From: Eledone cirrhosa
Lineage: Eukaryota
Length of the DNA: 64,000 nucleotides
Reading direction: 5' to 3'
Assembly: GCA_964016885.1 (NCBI GenBank)
Contig: OZ024744.1
Span: 52,948,001 to 53,012,000, forward strand
The notes under the pieces are model-generated. The model was not told the DNA's origin, searched no databases, and was given only the letters and a program-made list of their open reading frames with translations. The translations under genes and the position numbers were made by a program. Of this stretch, positions 54,991-64,000 are shown one piece after another (positions within the stretch are counted from its first letter, which is position 1; every line of letters starts with the position of its first letter).

Positions 54991-57900
54991 GTCTAGTGAC
55001 AAGTGTAACTCATGTGACCAGTAAACATATCAACTACAAGACTACACCAGCAACTCTCTCTCAGTCTAGTGACAAGTGTAACTCATGTGACCAGTAATTA
55101 CATCAACTACAAGACTACACCAGCACCTCTCTCTCAGTCTAGTGACAAGTGTAAGACATGTGACCAGTAAACACATCAACTACAAGACTACACCAGCACC
55201 TCTCTCTCAGTCTAGTGACAAGTGTAAGACATGTGACCAGTAATTACATCAACTACAAGACTACACCAGCACCTCTCTCTCAGTCTAGTGACAAGTGTAA
55301 GACATGTGACCAGTAAACATATCAACTACAAGACTACACCAGCCCCTCTCTCTCAGTCTAGTGACAAGTGTAACTCATGTGACCAGTAAACATATCAACT
55401 ACAAGACTACACCAGCACCTCTCTCTCGGTCTAGTGACAAGTGTAACTCATGTGACCAGTAAACATATCAACTACAAGACTACACCAGCACCTCTCTCTC
55501 AGTCTAGTGACAAGTGTAAGTCATGTGACCAGTAAACACATCAACTACAAGACTACACCAGCACCACTCTCTCAGTCTAGTGACAAGTGTAAGACATGTG
55601 ACCAGTAAACACATCAACTACAAGACTACACCAGCACCTCTCTCTCAGTCTAGTGACAAGTGTAACTCATGTGACCAGTAAACATATCAACTACAAGACT
55701 ACACCAGCACCACTCTCTCTCAGTCTAGTGACAAGTGTAAGACATGTGACCAGTAATTACATCAACTACAAGACTACACCAGCACCTCTCTCTCAGTCTA
55801 GTGACAAGTGTAAGACATGTGACCAGTAAACATATCAACTACAAGACTACACCAGCACCTCTCTCTCAGTCAAGTGACAAGTGTAAGACATGTGACCAGT
55901 AAACACATCAACTACAAGACTACACCAGCACCTCTCTCTCAGTCTAGTGACAAGTGTAAGACATGTCACCAGTAAACATATCAACTACAAGACTACACCA
56001 GCACCTCTCTCTCTCAGTCTAGTGACAAGTGTAAGACATGTGACCAGTAAACACATCAACTACAAGACTACACCAGCATCACTCTCTCAGACTAGTGACA
56101 AGTGTAAGACATGTGACCAGTAAACATATCAACTACAAGACTACACCAGCACCTCTCTCTCAGTTTAGTGACAAGTGTAAGACATGTGACCAGTAAACAT
56201 ATCAACTACAAGACTGCACCAGCACCTCTCTCTCAGTCTAGTGACAAGTGTAAGCCATGTGACCAGTAAACATATCAACTACAAGACTACACCAGCACCT
56301 CTCTCTCTCAGTCTAGTGACAAGTGTAAGACATGTGACCAGTAAACACATCAACTACAAGACTACACCAGCACCTCTCTCTCAGTTTAGTGACAAGTGTA
56401 AGACATGTGACCAGTAAACACATCAACTACAAGACTACACCAGCACCACTCTCTCAGACTAGTGACAAGTGTAAGACATGTGACCAGTAAACATATCAAC
56501 TACAAGACTACACCAGCACCTCTCTCTCAGTTTAGTGACAAGTGTAAGACATGTGACCAGTAAACACATCAACTACAAGACTACACCAGCACCACTCTCT
56601 CAGTCTAGTGACAAGTGTAAGACATGTGACCAGTAATTACATCAACTACAAGACTACACCAGCACCTCTCTCTCAGTCTAGTGACAAGAGTAAGACATGT
56701 GACCAGTAAACATATCAACTACAAGACTACACCAGCACCTCTCTCTCAGTCTAGTGACAAGTGTAAGACATGTGACCAGTAAACATCTCAACTACAAGAC
56801 TACACCAGCCCCTCTCTCTCAGTCTAGTGACAAGTGTAAGACATGTGACCAGTAATTACATCAACTACAAGACTACACCAGCACCTCTCTCTCAGTCTAG
56901 TGACAAGTGTAAGACATGTGACCAGTAAACATATCAACTACAAGACTACACCAGCACCACTCTCTCAGTCTAGTGACAAGTGTAAGACATGTGACCAGTA
57001 AATACATCAACTACAAGACTACACCAGCACCTCTCTCTCAGTCTAGTGACAAGTGTAAGACATGTGACCAGTAAACATATCAACTACAACACTACACCAG
57101 CACCTCTCTCTCAGTCTACTGACAAGTGTAAGCCATGTGACCAGTAAACATATCAACTACAAGACTACACCAGCACCTCTCTTTCAGTCTAGTGACAAGT
57201 GTAAGACATGTGACCAGTAAACATATCAACTACAAGACTACACCAGCACCTCTCTCTCAGTCTAGTGACAAGTGTAAGACATGTGACCAGTAAACACATT
57301 AACTACAAGACTACACCAGCACCTCTCTCTCAGTCTAGTGACAAGTGTAAGACATGTGACCAGTAAACACATCAACTACAAGACTACACCAGCATCACTC
57401 TCTCAGTCTAGTGACAAGTGTAAGACATGTGACCAGTAAACATATCAACTACAAGACTACACCAGCACCACTCTCTCAGTCTAGTGACAAGTGTAAGACA
57501 TGTGACCAGTAATTACATCAACTACAAGACTACACCAGCACCACTCTCTCATTCTAGTGACAAGTGTAAGACATGTGACCAGTAATTACATCAACTACAA
57601 GACTACACCAGCACCTCTCTCTCAGTCTAGTGACAAGTGTAAGACATGTGACCAGTAAACACATCAACTACAAGACTACACCAGCACCTCTCTCTCAGTC
57701 TAGTGACAAGTGTAAGACATGTGACCAGTAAACATATCAACTACAAGACTACACCAGCACCTCTCTCTCAGTCTAGTGACAAGTGTAAGACATGTGACCA
57801 GTAAACACATCAACTACAAGACTACACCAGCACCTCTCTCTCAGTCTAGTGACAAGTGTAAGACATGTGACCAGTAATTACATCAACTACAAGACTACAC

Positions 57901-59748
57901 CAGCACCTCTCTCTCTCAGTCTAGTGACAAGTGTAAGACATGTGACCAGTAAACATATCAACTACAAGACTACACCAGCACCTCTCTCTCAGTCTAGTGA
58001 CAAGTGTAACTCATGTGACCAGTAAACATATCAACTACAAGACTACACCAGCACCACTCTCTCAGTCTAGTGACAAGTGTAACTCATGTGACCAGTAAAC
58101 ATATCAACTACAAGACTACACCAGCACCTCTCTCTCAGTCTAGTGACAAGTGTAAGCCATGTGACCAGTAAACACATCAACTACAAGACTACACCAGCAC
58201 CACTCTCTCAGTCTAGTGACAAGTGTAAGACGTGTGACCAGTAAACATATCAACTACAAGACTACACCAGCACCTCTCTCTCAGTCTAGTGACAAGTGTA
58301 AGACATGTGACCAGTAAACATATCAACTACAAGACTACACCAGCACCTCTCTCTCAGTCTAGTGACAAGTGTAAGACATGTGACCAGTAAACATATCAAC
58401 TACAAGACTACACCAGCACCTCTCTCTCAGTCTAGTGACAAGTGTAAGACATGTGACCAGTAAACACATCAACTACAAGACTACACCAGCACCACTCTCT
58501 CAGTCTAGTGACAAGTGTAAGACATGTGACCAGTAATTACATCAACTACAAGACTACACCAGCACCACTCTCTCAGTCTAGTGACAAGTGTAAGACATGT
58601 GACCAGTAATTACATCAACTACGAGACTACACCAGCACCTCTCTCTCAGTCTAGTGACAAGTGTAAGACATGTGACCAGTAAACACATCAACTACAAGAC
58701 TACACCAGCACCACTCTCTCAGTCTAGTGACAAGTGTAAGACATGTGACCAGTAAACATATCAACTACAAGACTACACCAGCACCACTCTCTCAGTCTAG
58801 TGACAAGTGTAAGACATGTGACCAGTAAACATATCAACTACAAGACTACTCCAGCACCACTCTCTCTCAGTCTAGTGACAAGTGTAAGACATGTGACCAG
58901 TAAACATATCAACTACAAGACTACACCAGCACCTCTCTCTCAGTCTAGTGACAAGTGTAAGACATGTGACCAGTAAACATATCAACTACAAGACTACACC
59001 AGCACCTCTCTCTCAGTCTAGTGACAAGTGTAAGACATGTGACCAGTAAACATATCAACTACAAGACTACACCAGCACCTCTCTCTCAGTCTAGTGACAA
59101 GTGTAAGGCATGTGACAAGTAAACACATCAACTACAAGACTACACCAGCACCTCTCTCTCAGTCTAGTGACAAGTGTAAGTCATGTGACCAGTAAACATA
59201 TCAACTACAAGACTACACCAGCACCTCTCTCTCAGTCTAGTGACAAGTGTAAGGCATGTGACAAGTAAACACATCAACTACAAGACTACACCAGCACCTC
59301 TCTCTCAGTCTAGTGACAAGTGTAAGACATGTGACCAGTAAACATATCAACTACAAGACTACACCAGCACCTCTCTCTCAGTCTAGTGACAAGTGTAAGA
59401 CATGTGACCAGTAAACATATCAACTACAAGACTACACCAGCACCTCTCTCTCAGTCTAGTGACAAGTGTAAGACATGTGACCAGTAAACATATCAACTAC
59501 AAGACTACACCAGCACCTCTCTCTCAGTCTAGTGACAAGTGTAAGACATGTGACCAGTAAACATATCAACTACAAGACTACACCAGCACCTCTCTCTCAG
59601 TCTAGTGACAAGTGTAAGACATGTGACCAGTAAACATATCAACTACAAGACTACACCAGCACCTCTCTCTCAGTCTAGTGACAAGTGTAAGACATGTGAC
59701 CAGTAAACATATCAACTACAAGACTACACCAGCACCTCTCTCTCAGTC

Positions 59749-60333
59749 TAGTGACAAGTGTAAGACATGTGAGCAGTAAACATATCAACTACAAGACTAC
59801 ACCAGCACCTCTGTCTCAGTCTAGTGACAAGTGTAAGACATGTGACCAGTAAACATATCAACTACAAGACTACACCAGCCCCTCTCTCTCAGTCTAGTGA
59901 CAAGTGTAAGTCATGTGACCAGTAAACATATCAACTACAAGACTACACCAGCACCTCTCTCTCAGTCTAGTGACAAGTGTAAGACATGTGACCAGTAAAC
60001 ATATCAACTACAAGACTACACCAGCACCTCTGTCTCAGTCTAGTGACAAGTGTAAGACATGTGACCAGTAAACATATCAACTACAAGACTACACCAGCCC
60101 CTCTCTCTCAGTCTAGTGACAAGTGTAAGTCATGTGACCAGTAAACATATCAACTACAAGACTACACCAGCACCTCTCTCTCAGTCTAGTGACAAGTGTA
60201 AGACATGTGACCAGTAAACATATCAACTACAAGACTACACCAGCACCTCTGTCTCAGTCTAGTGACAAGTGTAAGACATGTGACCAGTAAACATATCAAC
60301 TACAAGACTACACCAGCCCCTCTCTCTCAGTCT
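59749..60333 (+). repeat. Tandem trimer higher-order repeat, 219 bp, ~2.7 copies
   Basis: CTGTC at 59811, 60030 and 60249. Each is followed by a CAGCCCC unit and, in the first two copies, a TAAGTC unit. Confidence 0.9.
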
Positions 60334-63300
60334 AGTGACAAGTGTAACTCATGTGACCAGTAAACATATCAACTACAAGACTACACCAGCACCACTCTCT
60401 CAGTTTAGTGACAAGTGTAAGACATGTGACCAGTAAACACATCAACTACAACACTACACCAGCACCTCTCTCTCAGTCTAGTGACAAGTGTAAGACATGT
60501 GACTAGTAAACACATCAACTACAAGACTACACCAGCACCACTCTCTCAGTCTAGTGACAAGTTTAAGACAAGTGACCAGTAAACATATCAACTACAAGAC
60601 TACACCAGCACCTCTCTCTAAGTCTAGTGACAAGTGTAAGACATGTGACCAGTAAACACATCAAATACAAGACTACACCAGCACCACTCTCTCAGTCTAG
60701 TGACAAGTGTAAGCCATGTGACCAGTAAACATATCAACTACAAGACTACACCAGCACCTCTCTCTCAGTCTAGTGCCAAGTGTAAGCCATGTGACCAGTA
60801 AACATATCAACTACAAGACTACACCAGCACCACTCTCTCAGTCTAGTGACAAGTGTAAGCCATGTGACCAGTAAACATATCAACTACAAGACTACACCAG
60901 CACCACTCTCTCAGTCTAGTGACAAGTGTAAGACATGTGACCAGTAATCATATCAACTACAAGACTACACCAGCACCTCTCTCTCAGTCTAGTGACAAGT
61001 GTAAGATATGTGACCAGTAAACATATCAACTACAAGACTACACCAGCACCTCTCTCTCAGTCTAGTGACAAGTGTAACTCATGTGACCAGTAATTACATC
61101 AACTACAAGACTACACCAGCACCTCTCTCTCAGTCTAGTGACAAGTGTAAGACAGGTGACCAGTAAACATATCAACTACAAGACTACACCAGCACCACTC
61201 TCTCAGTCTAGTGACAAGTGTAAGACATGTGACCTGTAAACACATCAACTACAAGACTACACCAGCACCTCTCTCTCAGTCTAGTGACAAGTGTAAGACA
61301 TGTGACCAGTAATTACATCAACTACAAGACTACACCATCACCTCTCTCTCAGTCTAGTGACAAGTGTAAGACATGTGACCAGTAAACACATCAACTACAA
61401 GACTACACCAGCACCTCTCTCTCAGTCTAGTGACAAGTGTAAGACATGTGACCAGTAAACACATCAACTACAAGACTACACCAGCACCTCTCTCTCAGTC
61501 TAGTGACAAGTGTAAGACATGTGACCAGTAAACATATCAACTACAAGACTACACCAGCACCTCTCTCTCAGTCTAGTGACAAGTGTAAGACATGTGACCA
61601 GTAAACATATCAACTACAAGACTACACCAGCACCTCTCTCTCAGTTTAGTGACAGGTGTAAGACATGTGACCAGTAAACATATCAACTACAAGACTACAC
61701 CAGCACCTCTCTCTCAGTCTAGTGACAAGTGTAAGACATGTGACCAGTAAACATATCAACTACAAGACTACACCAGCACCTCTCTCTCAGTCTAGTGACA
61801 AGTGTAAGACATGTGACCAGTAAACATATCAACTACAAGACTACACCAGCACCTCTCTCTCAGTCTAGTTACAAGTGTAAGACATGTGACCAGTAACTAC
61901 ATCAACTACAAGACTACACCAGCACCTCTCTCTCAGACTAGTGACAAGTGTAAGCCATGTGACCAGTAAACATATCAACTACAAGACTACACCAGCACCT
62001 CTCTCTCAGTCTAGTGACAAGTGTAAGACATGTGACCAGTAAACATATCAACTACAAGACTACACCAGCACCTCTCTCTCAGTCTAGTGACAAGTGTAAG
62101 ACATGTGACCAGTAAACATATCAACTACAAGACTACACCAGAACCACTCTCTCAGTCTAGTGACAAGTGTAAGCCATGTGACCAGTAAACATATCAACTA
62201 CAAGACTACACCAGCACCACTCTCTCAGTCTAGTGACAAGTGTAAGACATGTGACCTGTAATCATATCAACTACAAGACTACACCAGCACCTCTCTCTCA
62301 GTCCAGTGACAAGTGTAAGACATGTGACCAGTAAACATATCAACTACAAGACTACACCAGCACCACTCTCTCAGTTTAGTGACAAGTGTAAGACATGTGA
62401 CCAGTAAACATATCAACTACAAGACTACACCAGCCCCTCTCTCTCAGTCTAGTGACAAGTGTAAGACATGTGACCAGTAAACATATCAACTACAAGACTA
62501 CACCAGCACCACTCTCTCTCAGTCTAGTGACAAGTGTAAGACATGTGACCAGCAAACATATCAACTACAAGACTACACCAGCACCTCTCTCTCAGTCTAG
62601 TGACAAGTGTAAGACATGTGACCAGTAAACATATCAACTACAAGACTACACCAGCACCACTCTCTCAGTCTAGTGACAAGTGTAAGACATGTGACCTGTA
62701 AACACATCAACTACAAGACTACACCAGCACCTCTCTCTCAGTCTAGTGACAAGTGTAAGACATGTGACCAGTAATTACATCAACTACAAGACTACACCAG
62801 CACCACTCTCTCAGTCTAGTGACAAGTGTAAGACATGTGACCAGTAATTACATCAACTACGAGACTACACCAGCACCTCTCTCTCAGTCTAGTGACAAGT
62901 GTAAGACATGTGACCAGTAAACACATCAACTACAAACTACACCAGCACCACTCTCTCAGTCTAGTGACAAGTGTAAGACATGTGACCAGTAATTACATCA
63001 ACTACAAGACTACACCAGCACCTCTCTCTCAGTCTAGTGACAAGTGTAACTCATGTGACCAGTAAACATATCAACTACAAGACTACACCAGCATCTCTCT
63101 CTCAGTCTAGTGACAAGTGTAAGGCATGTGACAAGTAAACACATCAACTACAAGACTACACCAGCACCTCTCTCTCAGTCTAGTGACAAGTGTAAGACAT
63201 GTGACCAGTAACTACATCAACTACAAGACTACACCAGCACCACTCTCTCAGTCTAGTGACAAGTGTAAGACATGTGACCAGTAACTACATCAACTACAAG

Positions 63301-64000
63301 ACTACACCAGCACCTCTCTCTCAGTCTAGTGACAAGTGTAAGACATGTGACCAGTAAACATATCAACTACAAGACTACACCAGCCCCTCTCTCTCAGTCT
63401 AGTGACAAGTGTAAGTCATGTGACCAGTAAACATATCAACTACAAGACTACACCAGCACCTCTCTCTCAGTCTAGTGCCAAGTGTAAGACATGTGACCAG
63501 TAAACATATCAACTACAAGACTACACCAGCACCACTCTCTCAGTCTAGTGACAAGTGTAAGACATGTGACCAGTAAACATATCAACTACAAGACTACACC
63601 AGCACCTCTCTCTCAGTCTAGTGACAAGTGTAAGACATGTGACCTGTAAACACATCAACTACAGGACTACACCAGCACCACTCTCTCAGTCTAGTGACAA
63701 GTGTAAGACATGTGACCAGTAAACATATCAACTACAAGACTACACCAGCACCTCTCTCTCAGTCTAGTGACAAGTGTAAGACATGTGACCAGTAAACATA
63801 TCAACTACAAGACTACACCAGCACCTCTGTCTCAGTCTAGTGACAAGTGTAAGACATGTGACCAGTAAACATATCAACTACAAGACTACACCAGCACCTC
63901 TCTCTCAGTCTAGTGACAAGTGTAAGACATGTGACCAGTAAACATATCAACTACAAGACTACACCAGCACCTTTCTCTCAGTCTAGTGACAAGTGTAAGA

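Larger units (their letters stand above)
1..64000 (+). repeat. 73-bp tandem satellite DNA array, ~876 head-to-tail monomers, extending beyond both window edges
   Basis: The motif TAGTGACAAGTGTAAG recurs every 73 bp throughout. Most monomers differ from the consensus by 0-3 substitutions. Occasional length variants occur: 75 bp (extra CT), 72 bp (1-bp deletion) and one of 71 bp. No non-repeat sequence was seen. Confidence 0.99.

Noticed and set aside
1-64000. CRISPR array (73-bp period resembles repeat plus spacer)
   Set aside because: The entire unit is conserved; there are no unique spacers, leader or cas genes.
1-64000. Telomeric repeat, rDNA spacer or transposon-internal repeat
   Set aside because: No telomere motif, rRNA sequence, terminal repeat or flanking element is present in the window to support these.

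Overview
The whole 64-kb window is one uninterrupted head-to-tail tandem array of a 73-bp monomer, about 876 copies (64000/73), all on the same strand. Consensus: TAGTGACAAGTGTAAGACATGTGACCAGTAAACATATCAACTACAAGACTACACCAGCACCTCTCTCTCAGTC (A26 C20 G11 T16, ~42% GC, no CpG). The array runs off both ends. I saw no unique sequence, transposon insertion, inversion, RNA gene, CRISPR spacer or credible protein-coding gene; the seven predicted ORFs are artefacts of 72- and 75-bp monomers shifting the frame past the consensus stops. It looks like eukaryotic satellite DNA, but I cannot identify the organism or family. All the information lies in the monomer variants. These show nested higher-order duplications (3-, 4-, 8-, 25-, 39-, 41- and 52-58-mers, plus a ~12-kb super-period), a left domain and a central/right domain with different diagnostic alleles, and flanks that share rare alleles absent from the centre. 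One hypervariable base sits next to a conserved GTCACATG E-box. Offsets were read by eye and need computational confirmation. I found no gene-encoded novel system.
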